Assembly: GCA_022813965.1 (NCBI GenBank)
Contig: JALDZS010000018.1
Span: 62,001-126,000 of the forward strand
Length of the DNA: 64,000 nt
Reading direction: 5' to 3'
Origin: Toensbergia leucococca
Taxonomy: Eukaryota
How positions within the stretch are numbered: position 1 is the first letter of the stretch; each line of letters begins with the position of its first letter. Below are positions 12,944 to 25,052 of this stretch, in pieces. Under the pieces are notes generated by a model. The model saw only the letters and a list, made by a program, of their open reading frames with translations, did no database searches and had not been told where the DNA came from. The translations under genes and the position numbers were made by a program.

Positions 12944-13942
12944 GTTGGACAGGCAAAACGTGTGAAATCCAGACAACAAATATTCGCTCGGCAGGGCAGT
13001 ATCTCTCGATGATTTGAAAGATGTATCAACATGACTGGCGAAGCGCATCATATCGGACTTCTTTGCTACGGTAAGACATGACTCGAAGAAATACGGCATA
13101 GGTGTGTCTATGGTGCAAATCAAAGAAAATCAATACCACATTGGTCGGCGACAGGAGGGATACTACGGCCTGAATTATATTCGAGAGCATTGCAACTTCA
13201 GCAGGGCGTTTCGGGGGTGTTGGGACGGCGATTGTGGGCTGGAAGGATAAAGGAATGACGGATACAGGTGAAATACATCTGGAATTACGCATCTTGTCGA
13301 GGGATTCTCTGCAGAGGCAGGCAGGAGTTGATGGTTATAAGTTTGATTTCATCAAGGCTATTTCTGCGTCGGGCTTGTTTACCTGTACAGCAAGCACAAT
13401 ATCCCCGTTCTACATGTTAGACCCGAATCATATCCACACACAAGCATCAAGAGTACGAGTACTCGTAAGAACAATCAAATGTGGCCCTCGTTGACGTAAA
13501 ACATGTCAAACGTCGTCATGCACTGTGGCTGTGCCATGCCTTCATGCGTCGTCTTCGGACCGCGGGATTCCGCCGCCACTGCAACGCTCAAATGCGACTC
13601 GTTTTGCCAATTACCATGCCTCATGCCTCATGCGCAATCAATCCCACACTTACCGAAAACTCATCATCTCAAGAACAAACTGACACTGAATTCAAGATAT
13701 CGTACCGCTATTTTGTTTCCGTTGAAAAGTCAATGATTGAATATCAAAAACTTTCAATCTAAATCATTCAACTTCGCCACCCCTCACCCCGCTGACGCAG
13801 CGACGAAATAGTCTGATTTGGCTGCGAAGCTTCTATCCTCATCTCCTCATCGCAATCTCCAAATCCACTCTCCCAAGCTACCTCGATCAATTCACCTCCT
13901 CACTTCCACCCACCCCGCCACCAAACCACTCCCGCCCCCAAG

Positions 13943-14502
13943 ATGGCCTCCAACAAAGACGTGAGTTTCCCCTCAAACCCACACCCCATCTACTAACGCC
14001 CTCTCAGGACGCCCCACCCGCATACCCCGCCCCGACCCACCTTGACGCCGGTCCCGCCTACCCAAACCCAACCTCCCCATCCCCATCCCCCAACTACGGC
14101 AACCAAACAAGCCCCTACAGCCCTCCCAACACACAAGATCCGAACCGAGGCTATGAACAAGGCCAGTATGTGCAGCAGGGCGGGTATAATGGGTATGGGC
14201 AGCAGCAGGTGAATCAGCAGATGGGGTACGGTGGGGGTTATGGACAGCAGCAGCAGGGCTATGAACAGCAGCAGGGTTATGGACAGCAGGGTTACGGGAT
14301 GCAAGGGTATGGGATGCAGGGGTTCGGCCAGCAGGGGATGTACTATGGTCGTCCGGGCCAGCAGCAGCAAGGGGGTTTCATGGGTGGAAGGCCGGGTCAG
14401 GGGGGTGGGATGGGGGGCGGGATGGGTGAGGGTATGTGTGCGGGTCTGTTGGGGTTGATGGCTTGTTGCTGTTGTTTGGATCTTGGACTTGGGGTGTTTT
14501 AG
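13943..14502 (+). CDS. CYSTM (cysteine-rich transmembrane module) tail-anchored protein, Pro/Gln/Gly/Tyr-rich
   Basis: Exon 1 MASNKD (13943-13960), then intron 13961-14007 (gtgagt..tactaac..cag). In-frame exon 2 has APPAYP and QQGY repeats and ends [23 protein letters not shown]. Confidence 0.85.
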
Positions 14503-15748
14503 TATGCGGTTTCGTGTCTGTGCGAGGGAGAAAAGAGGAGGGATTTGTATTGTTAGGGGTTTTATCGGGAGGTGGGGATATGGGTTGGGCGGAGTATCTA
14601 AGGGAATGAAGCGGTGGAAACCAAAAGGCGTTGCCATGGCTGGGCTTTTGGGGGGACTGTCAGCGCGTCAGATAAGTCAAGGGAATATTGTACCTTTAGC
14701 GCTCTTGGGACGAGAATTTAATGATGAGACCTGCTACACGAGATCCCCTTTCCACTATTTTCAGCACCACCATCATCTAGTCGATACCAAAAAAAGCGAA
14801 CCTGGATCGAATAATCCAAACCAATTCATCATTCCCACCTCCCCTTACGCACAGCAAAACCCTCCTCCAACCTCCCCCCCTCCTCCCGCCCCCAAAAAAT
14901 AGAAAAATCTCAGAACGTCCCCCTTATCCAACACTACCTCCATTCCAATTCCAGCGTTCTTTGTAGCCGGGATGAATCTTGGTCCGTATGGCGAATAGAA
15001 ACATTTCTTTTCAGAGGAAAATAAGAGGGTGTTAGTTAATTAATTAGGGGTGGGGGAATGGGGTGGATTGGAGGGATAGTTGGGCCTGGCTTGTGTGTTG
15101 TGTGAGGGAAAAGTGGGGGATGGGGGGGGGGTGGGTTAGAGAAGAGAAAATGAGGGAGGGAGGAGAGGGGGGGCGCGGATGGGTGTTGGAACAGAGCAGA
15201 ACCGAGAAAGCGGGCGCCTGGAATCCTGAGTGGCAAGGGCAAGTGTGACATTCTCTTTTAAAAAAAACCCCGTCTTTCCCTCCTTTCACCCCCCCCATCT
15301 CCCTCTAGCAAACATGCCAAAAAAAGCAACAAAGAATAAATGTTTGCGCTGGAACCACATCAAGGAAGGGCGAAGGCAAGGGGTTCCAGGATGAAAATTC
15401 TCTGATGGAGGTTTTGTTTTCTGTTTTTTTTTTTTCGTGCGAGGGTCAAACGAGGTGGTGCGGTGTTGGGGAGGGTGGTTGGTTGGGAAAAGGGTTGGAA
15501 AAAGGGGGGTTTTGGCTGACGCCGGATACGAAAAGAAAGGAGAGGAAAGCAAAGGAAGGGGACCAAAGCGACCAAAAGCGACCAAAAAACGGAGTAAAAA
15601 CAGAGTAAAAAACACCACAAAAGCTCCTCCCCACCCAAAATAGGATTCGTTCCAAGAAAAACCAGAACCCCGAACGAAAAAGAGTCCCCAGCTCTCCCTC
15701 TCCTCCAGCAAAATCCCCCCACCCTCCCCAGCCCCCCCAAACAACCCC

Positions 15749-16500
15749 TCAAACAACCCGCATCCAAACCTCAACATCCCGAAAAGCCGCCGCAGGCACC
15801 AACTGCCTCAGCACCAAAAAATACCCCATCACCCCATCGCTAACGAAAGTGTCGCCATAATCCCACAAAAAAGTCCTGGCGGCGCGGTCTTGGCGCAGGA
15901 GCTCGAAGTAGGCTGTTTGCGTTGCAGTGGGGAAAAATGGTCAGTGGGATGTGTGTGGGGGGAGGGAAGTGGTTTTCCCAAAAAAAAAAAAAAAAAAAAA
16001 TTGGTTTCAAGGAGATCGTGCGGGTGGGAAAAGGGTTGGAGTGAAGGGTCTCTTGGGGGGGGTTTGTTGATTGTTTTTTCTTGGTGCCCGGTTGGGGGGA
16101 GGGAGAAGAGGAGGAGGATGGGAACGGGGGAGGAGAAAAAGACGGACGCACTCCGCCCCTCATCAGAAGGCCTATCCTCATAAAGTCCCGCCCAATTCAG
16201 GGCATAAGTGCCAGCAGGTAGCACGAACATCTGCGTCACGACATTCGTGACCAGGCGGCCCGTTTCGGAGGGGTAGTAGCAGATGCCGTTTCCGCGGCTA
16301 GCGATGATGACCGATCGTTTGTCATCTGGGTGTGTATCGTCGCGCCGGTGGGGCTTGGGGAAGGAGGAGGGGGCGGCGAGGCAGGTTTTGGGGATTTGGG
16401 AGGGGGTGCAGGAGGTTTGGATGCAGAGGGCGTGGGTTGGGGGGAAGAGTGTGGGGAGGGTTAGGAGGAGGGGGAGGAGGATGGGGAGGTGGTGTTGCAT
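15749..16500 (-). CDS. Small secreted protein (170 aa), effector-like, no recognised family
   Basis: Signal-peptide-like N-terminus MQHHLPILLPLLLTLPTLFPPTHA. Intron 16151-15913 (gtgcgt..ctgac..cag) gives in-frame exon 2 TYFELLRQDRAARTFLWDYGDTFVSDGVMGYFLVLRQLVPAAAFRDVEVWMRVV*. Exon lengths 349+164=513 nt. Confidence 0.65.
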
Positions 16501-17232
16501 CCTTCTTTTTTTGGGGGAAGGGGTTTGAGGGGGGAGGCGTTGGAGATGGGCTTCTTTATGGGTGGTAGATGAGTTGCCATTGGGGGATCACAGTTTCATG
16601 AGAGATGGCGGATGTGGTCTTGGACGCGCCTGGGGAAAATGGCGTGCGAGGCGTAGAAAATCTAGGATATCAGGGTCGGCGTTGGTGAGGCTGCATCTCG
16701 ATTCATGGACGAGGTAGGACGCTGATGTTGCATTAGGTATGTTGGTGATTGAAGTATGGGGGGTACTTGCTGAAGGAGTGCTTGAAGCGGACCTCTTGAT
16801 AGCTAGGATGTCGAGTATTTTCCCGACGCGCTTCAATGCTGGCTTTCCCGCCGATGCGGCTAGATCGAAAGAGTCGCAAAATCGTCGATGGAAAAGGAGT
16901 ACAAAACCCCCTAGATCCTTCAAAATTGTCCTTCCTCGACATAATGTTACAGAGATGATGATAACGAACATGTGAGGAACAAGAAACAGCGGAGAATCAT
17001 GTTATAATGCTTGGATGGATAGGCATTGTTATCAGCTGTACGTTGTGAGTGTTGATTATTGGTCGATGGATTCGGCAGACCTTTTGAGAAACTAGATGTT
17101 ACACCCTAATACCTAGATGCCGGAACGCCATGCTCAAGGATTCAACATACCTTACCTATACGCAGGTTTACCTGAAGCAGAAGTTTCCACGCCATCACAT
17201 CATCGCCCAACGCCCCCCCTTTAGACACCTCT

Positions 17233-18068
17233 TCATATTGCCCATCGATAGCTCGCATACCTCCCTGCAGTCTCACTCTTCCGAATAATCTTCACTACCT
17301 GCCCCCGCCTCAATCCAAGATACTTGGCTACTGGATCCCCCGTCTGTATTCTTGGCAACTGGCTCTCCTTCAATCGATACCGCTCCAGCAGCCGCTTTTT
17401 CTCCTCGGCACTGAGCAGAACATGCTTGGGTACCAATTCATGGTGTGTGATGTTCACCAGTAAATCCTGCTCTTGGAATGTCTCGATGATCGACGGCAAT
17501 ACTACAGGAACGATCTTCAAGGCTGCTGGTGTTATTGATGCTTGAGTGATGAGGATTCCAGTGCTAAAATTGTGCCGCGAGACGTGCTGAGCGAAGTTGC
17601 GCATTTGCTTGATGCCGATGCTGGCCTCACTGCTAAATTCTATCCATATAGTGCCGATACTTGGAACCGGATGCGGGGTCGATGGTGTGGGAAGGGGCGT
17701 ATATTTTGTGAGCATGGCTGTTGTGGGGCGGGCGGAGAAGTTCATCTTTTTACGACTTGGAAATCCATTTAGTGAGGTTCTTTTGCAGTGTAGAAAAATA
17801 GGGAGGGTTTACTCGGGGGAGCCGTGTGGGTCAGCATACTGGGCGCGAAAGTCTTCGAGAGAGATGAGGACTTCCTCTTCAGTGAGCTCATAGCCCTGTA
17901 TTTTTCGGTGAGGTTAGATTTCAGGCGTGGCTTTCTGGAGGTGGAAGGGGGGGATTTTACTCTGTCTTGGCACATCTCGTGAACAGTGCGCCAAGCACGC
18001 CAGAGGCGGGTGAGTTCTCTGTCAGCATCTGCGACGGCTTTGGCTTGTTCTTGGTCGTTGGAGGACAT
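17233..18068 (-). CDS. RPB5: DNA-directed RNA polymerases I, II and III subunit RPABC1
   Basis: [20 protein letters not shown] at the N-terminus. C-terminus [50 protein letters not shown]. Two introns. Confidence 0.97.
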
Positions 18069-18130
18069 ATTAGGTGGGCGAGTTGAGAAGCTTGTCGAGG
18101 TTATGATTCGGGATACGGAGTAGTGAGAGT

Positions 18131-18160
18131 TCAAAGAAATCAAAGAAATCAAAGAAATCA
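18131..18160. repeat. 9-bp tandem repeat (tcaaagaaa)x3 in RPB5 leader/promoter
   Basis: Read directly from the sequence. Confidence 0.8.
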
Positions 18161-18501
18161 TCTTGGAATCATTCGGTGCGGACTCACTAGGCCGCTTTGG
18201 GGGTGATACCGCGAGCTATGAAAGCCTAGGCCTTTTTGGGCATGGAAAGTTTGTGGCCAAGCTTTTGCTTTTGACCCGAGGCTCTCCACAACGTTTTAAT
18301 CTTTTAATTAATTCAGGCACCGCACTAGATTTACACAACCCATTTAACTACGGAGAAATCCCCATCCCCAGTTGATCTCTCACAATATTTCCCTCTCTTC
18401 ATTCTCTTTATTCCATGGATATGTTCTCCATCTTCAATTTATAGACTTACAACTAGTGCAGCCCTTCTCGTCCATTGACTTGGCGCTTCTTCACCTTTAC
18501 C

Positions 18502-20262
18502 ATGGCCGAAATCGCCGCTAATCATGTCCCAAAGACTGGCGCAGAAACAACAGACAAGTCGCAAAAGCCAAGGCCTGAGAAGCCCGACGATGACAAGTAC
18601 AAGGAAAACCTGGCCAGAGTAGAAAAGGAACATGCTATATCCCAAGAGAAACTGGTATGTTTGCTACCTTTTCCGTATCACGAGATATTACAGAGCAATC
18701 CAAATGGCATTTGGCTTATATGACCATCATGTCCATCATTTATTGAATCTGGCTAATATGATATATCTTTATAGGCTGCTGTCAAGGCCAAGCTTGACCT
18801 TGCGCAACCTCCGAGCAAGGACTCTCCTATAGCTAAAAAGCAACAAGACCTTAGATCGCAATTAGCATCCATTCGACAACAACAATCCGGCTTCAAATCC
18901 TCCAGGGGTAGTATACAAGAGAAGATTGTCTCCCTCGACGCTCAGTTGAAATCTCGGATAGCCGAGCAAAAGACCGCCCGAGGCCGAGTATCCTATAAAA
19001 ACGTCGACGAAATCAATCGCGAGATTGATCGTCTAGACAAACAGGTCGAGTCTGGAACAATGAAGCTCGTGGATGAGAAGAAGGCTGTTGCCGAAATGTC
19101 AAGTCTGCGGAAACAGCGAAAGGAATTCCCTGCCTTTGAGGAAGCGCAAAAGGCCATTGATGATGTCAAGACCCAGATATCCGACCTTAGAAAATCCCTC
19201 GACAATCCAGAAGCCAAGGCATTGAGCGAAAAATATAACACCATCATAGAACAATTAGACGACATTAAAGCCGAGCAGGACGAAGCCTATAAAAATCTTA
19301 GCTCAATAAGAGACGAACGAACCAAGCTTCAATCCGAACAGCGAGAAAAGTACTCCGCCATGAGAGATGTCAGAGATCAGTACCACAAGCAAAGACTAGC
19401 CTACCGAGACTACGAACAGGAACTCTACAAGCAGCGTCAAGAAAAGCAAAAAGCCGAACGCGACTCTTACCAAAAAGAGAAACGCCGTAAAATCGCTGAC
19501 AAGAAGCTTGAAGAAGCAAGTGAACCAGCTTATATGGACGAGATACTCACTGCTGAGGGCCTAATCCGCTATTTCGACCCTTCCGTTCCCGAAGCCTCCA
19601 AAGCCCTCCGAGGTCCCAGCGGTTTCGCGGCCGAAGCCCAGCGAACCGTCGACGACTCGAAGATCAAAGGCATCAGAGTTTCGAAGAAGGAGGACCGCGA
19701 GGAGAATTACTTTATGGGCACGGGTGGGAAGAAAGGAAAGAAGGGCCGCAAAGGAGGAGTGGCTTCACCTGCACCATCAACACCCACTGAAGGCAAATTT
19801 AACCTTAGCATGGGCATCATCGAGGAACTGGGCAAGATCAACATTGAGCCGCCAATGAATCAATCGGATGTCCCTTCTGTAGTCGAAATCCTAAAAGAAA
19901 AACTAGACACGTGGAAAAAAGACCAGGACAAGAAAACCAAAGAGGTACACCCTGCCCTTTTAAAACCACAATTCCCCTTTTATTGGTAAAATTCCCCTCC
20001 CACTAACCCAAAATTCCAGAATATCGAAAAAGCCCAAAAGGAAATCGACCGCCTCGAAGCTGAAGCCAAAGACCCCTCTCCTCCTACTCCTTCCTCCTCA
20101 TCCGCCACTACCAACCCCAAAAACAGAACCCACGACTCCGCCAAAAAGCCAGCAAATGCCACTCAGGCCGTCAACGGCAACGCGGAGGCGGAGCTAGCGC
20201 AGGAGGACGATGCGGTTGCGGACGTTGCGGCGGAGATGAAGAGCGTGAGTGTGGACGAATAG
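18502..20262 (+). CDS. BFR1: Nuclear segregation protein Bfr1-like coiled-coil protein
   Basis: RPEKPDDDKYKENLA at the N-terminus, then VESGTMKLVDEKKA, EEASEPAYMDEILTAEGLIRYF and GGKKGKKG. Introns 18655-18774 and ~19945-20019. Confidence 0.88.
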
Positions 20263-20850
20263 GTGGGTTTGAATAGTATGGGTACTGGGGACGTTGAAGG
20301 GAGTTTTTGTTGGTTCTAATTTCTCTTCCGCTTTTTTTTTCGTGTGTGTGGGGGGGGGTGGACTGGTTGAAGCAGACGTCCATGCTTTCTTGCCCTGGGG
20401 TTTGAAGGTAGAGAGGGGTGTGTGCTTTGGGTGGGGGATTTCTGGTGTATTGTGAGGATTTATTTGTTGAAAGAGGCACCCATTTTTTTTCTTTTAAATT
20501 TTTGTTGGGCGTGGTTCTTCCATTCCTTTTGTGCATTGAGAGATCTACACTGTATCCACGGAGTTGGGGAAATGGGCTTTTTTAAGATTCTTGAGAAAAT
20601 TCATAATCATTCAATTCTTGTTTGAGGGGGCGGGGCGTGGGTTGGAGAGAGAAAGCTCTGCTTTCGGATTTCTTCTGTTTTACCCCCCCCCCCCCCACCC
20701 CCGGGCTTTTTTTTTTATCCGGTAGACTTTTTTTTTTAAAAAACCCCTCCCCCCCTTGGCCACAAAGAAAAAAAAGACACACCACCCATTTCCTCCTTTA
20801 ATAAAGGACAACATCCTCATCCCCATCCCCCCCCCTTCCCCGTATAAAAC

Positions 20851-20873
20851 CTCTCTCTCTCTCTCTCTCTCTC
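20851..20873. repeat. (CT)n microsatellite in low-complexity intergenic region
   Basis: About 11 CT units directly after tataaaa at 20843. Confidence 0.85.
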
Positions 20874-21705
20874 ACTCAGAACCTCACCTCCCCTCAAATC
20901 CCCACACACTCCCTCCCTCACCTCCGCTCACATCCCCACACAGAACCTCGCCTCTCATCTCGTCCCCCGCCCCCCCGTTCCCAAACCCCAAACCCCAAAA
21001 ATCTAAAATTAATCTCTTGTCACATTTCTATTTTTTTTTTCTCTTTTGGGTGTTGGTTTTTGGGAGAGAAGGGGAGGGGGTGTTTGTATTTTGATTTGAT
21101 TTGATTTGGGGGTGTGTGTGGTGTTGTGGGGATGTGGGGATGTGGGGGAGTGTGAGGTTTTATATCATTTGGGGAGGGGGCGTATAAGAGGAGAGGAGAG
21201 AGGAGAGGGAGTGGTGTTTTAGGTGGGAAGGGGGTGGGGCCAGGGCGGGGGGGGGGGGAAGGGGAGATTGGTAGGTCTGAGGTTGGTAGGTGGATGGGGG
21301 GGAGGTGGGGGCATACCACATACCACCGCTTCCGATTTGGTTTCGCCGTTCGTCTCGAGTTTTCACAATTTTTGATGTCTGCTAATTTACTTCACGGCCC
21401 CCCCCCCTTTTTTTTCCCGGGGTTTTTTTTGGATAGATGAATATCTTTCACCCACCGCCCTCACCCCCCCACCGCCCCCAGCCGCCTCCCCTTTTTCCTC
21501 TCGAAGCCCCCCAAGCCACGAAAATGAGATTAGCCTCTCTGCTTTCATCCCAGCTTACCGCAAAGCTTTCGACTGTGGTACCCGCTGTTTTTCTCGCGCG
21601 GGAAGAGCGGCGTGTAGGCTGAGGTTGAAATGGGAAGCAAGGCTCGGTTACTCTTCGGAGCACCAACCACTGCTCATCCAAGGGCGGGTGTGACTAAATC
21701 TCTGA

Positions 21706-22698
21706 TCATTCCCGTACATTCGATCGGGCAGCTCTTAGCACCTCCAGCGTGCGCAGATCCCTCTCCCGCGTATCGACAGCCCCGTACGCCTCCTCCGTCT
21801 GCCGGAATATATCCTCTTCCCACCCCTCGCCCACGTTGACTGTCCCACCATCATCCCAGCACTCCTGCACAGTGCCCCCGATATTCCGGAAAAAGGCCTC
21901 CAGACCCCCCTGGCCCCCGCCAGCATGATAGCTTTTGAATGGCCCAGCGACAGCCCAGCGCGGCCCCATGCTAGCTTGAACAATCGTGTCGATGTCGGCG
22001 GCGGAAGCTACGCCTTCGTTGACGAGATGGATAGCCTCGCGCAGGAGAGCGAAAGCCAATCTATTTGCCACGAACCCAGGGACTTCTTTCTTAATAACAA
22101 CAGCCTCCCTCCCCATCCCCTTCCAGAACCGCACTGTCTGCTCCACGATTTCCGGACGGGTGAGCGGCGCGGGCACGATCTCGAGTAGGGGAATGATGTG
22201 TGGGGGGTTGTATGGATGGACGACGAGAAGGCGGGTGGGGTCTTGCATGTGCTGTGCCTGGACTGAGGCGGGGATGCCGGAGGTGGAGCTCCATAGTAGG
22301 CAGTCCGCGCGGCAGTGCTGCTCGATCTGGGGCCAGAGAGCGGTTTTGAAGAGGCGGTTTTCGGGCCCTTGTTCTTGGATGATGTCGGCTGTTGCGACGG
22401 CGGTGACGAGGTTGGGGTCGAGGTTGAGGCGGCCGCTTGTGAAGTGCTGGTTGACAATTTCTTGTCCGCTTGGTGCGATTTTCTCTGCTGGTTTTGAGGG
22501 GTCTTGGGGTTTCGGCTGGAGGTATAGGGGTAGTGTTTGGCGAACGTAGTCTTCGAGATCTGGGCGTGTGTCGTGGATGGTCAAGCGTAAGGGTCTGGAG
22601 GATGAGGTGGAGGCGTGCTGGAGATGGAGTGCTGCCAAGCTGAGTCCGATTGTGCCTGCGCCAATTAGGGTTATATGGAGGGCTTCAGGTTCTGACAT
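21706..22698 (-). CDS. 3-hydroxyacyl-CoA dehydrogenase family protein (lambda-crystallin/L-carnitine dehydrogenase-like)
   Basis: Rossmann motif LIGAGTIG, then IIQEQGPE..K, SSTSG, HPYNPP and PGFVANRL. Single exon, 330 aa. Confidence 0.92.
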   Translation of the reverse strand: MSEPEALHITLIGAGTIGLSLAALHLQHASTSSSRPLRLTIHDTRPDLEDYVRQTLPLYLQPKPQDPSKPAEKIAPSGQEIVNQHFTSGRLNLDPNLVTAVATADIIQEQGPENRLFKTALWPQIEQHCRADCLLWSSTSGIPASVQAQHMQDPTRLLVVHPYNPPHIIPLLEIVPAPLTRPEIVEQTVRFWKGMGREAVVIKKEVPGFVANRLAFALLREAIHLVNEGVASAADIDTIVQASMGPRWAVAGPFKSYHAGGGQGGLEAFFRNIGGTVQECWDDGGTVNVGEGWEEDIFRQTEEAYGAVDTRERDLRTLEVLRAARSNVRE

Positions 22699-23244
22699 GA
22701 TAATTATGGAGTGTTTTTACGGTAATCTTGCATAATTCTAATTCATCCCATGGTATAAGTTGCTTTTAGATACTTTCTGATCGGACGTCGCCGCAAGGTC
22801 CGGTTCGTGTTGAGTTTTTAGACTTGCTGCAGATTCCAAATCTCAGATAACAGGTAGGCAGGTAGTCACTCGTTTTATTCATATTATGACATCTGTTATA
22901 TACACCTTCGTCTCCTCCCTACCCGCTTCTCTGGGCTTTTTCAGTAATGAACATTCAAGTGACCACGGAACGCAAACAAGCCTCGGCAGTCGGCAATGCC
23001 ATTCAAGCCCCTGGCAATTCATACCAGCCTGCCCAAAACTCCAAACACCATTCAGATGCAATTCCCTTCCAGCCAATCATAAGACGCCATGCTCCACGCT
23101 CAAAAGCTGTCCCAAATAACCAGCCAAACGCCATCGCCAACGTCACCATGCGCTCACTGATCCATTAATTTGTACCGTAATAATCATACACTTCATTTAC
23201 CCCTGGGTCCAGGCTATCATCGGTCTCAACTTTCGAGTATTCTC

Positions 23245-25052
23245 TTAGCCTAGCAGCCCACCAACATCCTGAAAATTACCAGATCCCTCTCCCTTTTCAG
23301 CCTTTCCAAGCTCTCCCTTTCTTGGCTTATGTGCTACGGGACGAGTAACAGGTTGCCGTGGTGCTGGTTGTGACAAGAGAATTTCTTGCAACGTTTGTGT
23401 GCGATCTTGCCCTTGAGGTGTATCTTCCTCTGATGTATGGCGGGAAAGCGTTGGACGTGCTGTCTGCGAGAGGGAAGGCCGGCTGAAGTTACGGGGCATG
23501 GGAGCCTGGTATGTGGGATGAGGAATCGAGATAGGAGTGGAAATCCGCGGACTTGGTGGGGGGAGAAGACCATCAATATCCTGCAAGAGATGATGACTGC
23601 CTCTTCGGACGGGAGGTAGAATGTAGGCTTCAGATAAGGCTGGTAGAGTGGGCACCGCTGGTGGAGGAGGTGATGGAGTTCTAAGGCGGCGGATAGGGAT
23701 GACATCCCCGTTCTCGAGCAAACCACCCACGTCGAAGAAGGACATTCGATGCAAGGGAGATACGGGAGCTTCGCCCGGACTTGGCATATCCTCATTTTGC
23801 CCCGGCAATTTAATGTCGCTTTCATCCGTCTCATCTGATTCGCGGCGTGGAAATGTCCAGTTTGTGCCGCTGAGATTCGGCGTGATTCTATGGGCCTGGG
23901 TAGATAAGGGTAACGCCATGGGTGCCGGCCTTGGTGTGTTCGATCTCTGGTTCATAAGTTCCGATCCTATTCCAACGCCTAGACTTCCCACCAGATCTGC
24001 ATCGCTCCCCCAGTGCATTGTTGCCAATGTGGTTGCTCGTCGCGGAGTAGCTTGCCTAGTCAAGCTTCTATTATCCTCGTCACTATTGTATCGATAACGT
24101 TTCTTCTTGACTCCGCGATCTCGTACGAAAGACCCGAGGACTACAGCGTTTGAGATTGCGGCCGCAGCTAGGATTTCAATAGAAGCGAGGAGGGAGCGAA
24201 ATTGTTGGTCTGCGTGCCGGTCGATGGTAGCGACAACACGATAGATGGTGATAGCAATCAGGATGGACGATAAACCGAAAAGAAGAGAGAGGGAGAACTT
24301 GCTTCAGTCAAGTCAGCATAGATTTAGTAATAGTTACAGGAAGACATAATACAAACCGTTTTTTCGGTAGACCTGATTGCATGACAATGGTGATCGGGTA
24401 ACCCACTAGGAGAAGATCTGTTACAACATCGCTCGCACCCATGGTCATGATTTGAGCAATGCCTTGCCGGCAATGTGGTCCAGGGTCCGGAATGACCTGC
24501 CAATAGTGTGAAAAGGGCCTGCATCCGCTGAGTGTAGCAACCACGACAGCGACAAAGGTCCACAATAGAAAGTAACGAATGAACTGCAAGCCGAACTCAT
24601 AAGTACGCCGCCAGGCTCCCTCAATCAGGCGCTTTAGAAATTCGGAGATTGTGAACTTTGCGGTCCATATGCTTCGAAGAGAAGGTTAGATTTGCTTTCC
24701 TGCAATTGGGAGTGCTTGAGACTCACAAGGCAGCATAACTGATTCTTGAAGCCAATACAAGTTTACTCCCGATATCACGATGATGGATTTCCACACTGCT
24801 CATGCCAGTGGTGATGGCGTTGTTGGTCCCCCATATCAAAATGACATGTACCAAAGCCATCCTCGTGCAAAGCGGTATGATGCTGGCAGCCATAATTTTA
24901 TCCTCCCTGAACAGCTTCTCGGACCGCACATATCGCCCGCTAAGCCGTACGAGAATGATCACAAATGCAAAACCGGTGCACCACCACGAGACCAGCAGCG
25001 TGGGGTTGATAGCGGTTCTGGTCTGGGCCGGCGGCGGACTCGAGTACAACAT
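23245..25052 (-). CDS. PTH11-like (fungal rhodopsin-domain) integral membrane protein without CFEM
   Basis: Hydrophobic helices with VRLSGRYVRSEKLFREDKIM, LSGCRPFSHYWQVIPDPGPHCRQG and VTDLLLVGYP. Two introns. Long disordered C-terminal tail (ORF 23245-24063). Confidence 0.82.

Noticed and set aside
14170..14345. Short repeats that might suggest a CRISPR-like array
   Set aside because: They are coding QQGY(G) repeats of the CYSTM gene, with no repeat-spacer structure, in a eukaryotic context.
15036..15777. Numerous Gly/Pro/Phe-rich ORFs here and at 20171-21440
   Set aside because: Artefacts of homopolymeric low-complexity DNA lacking stop codons.
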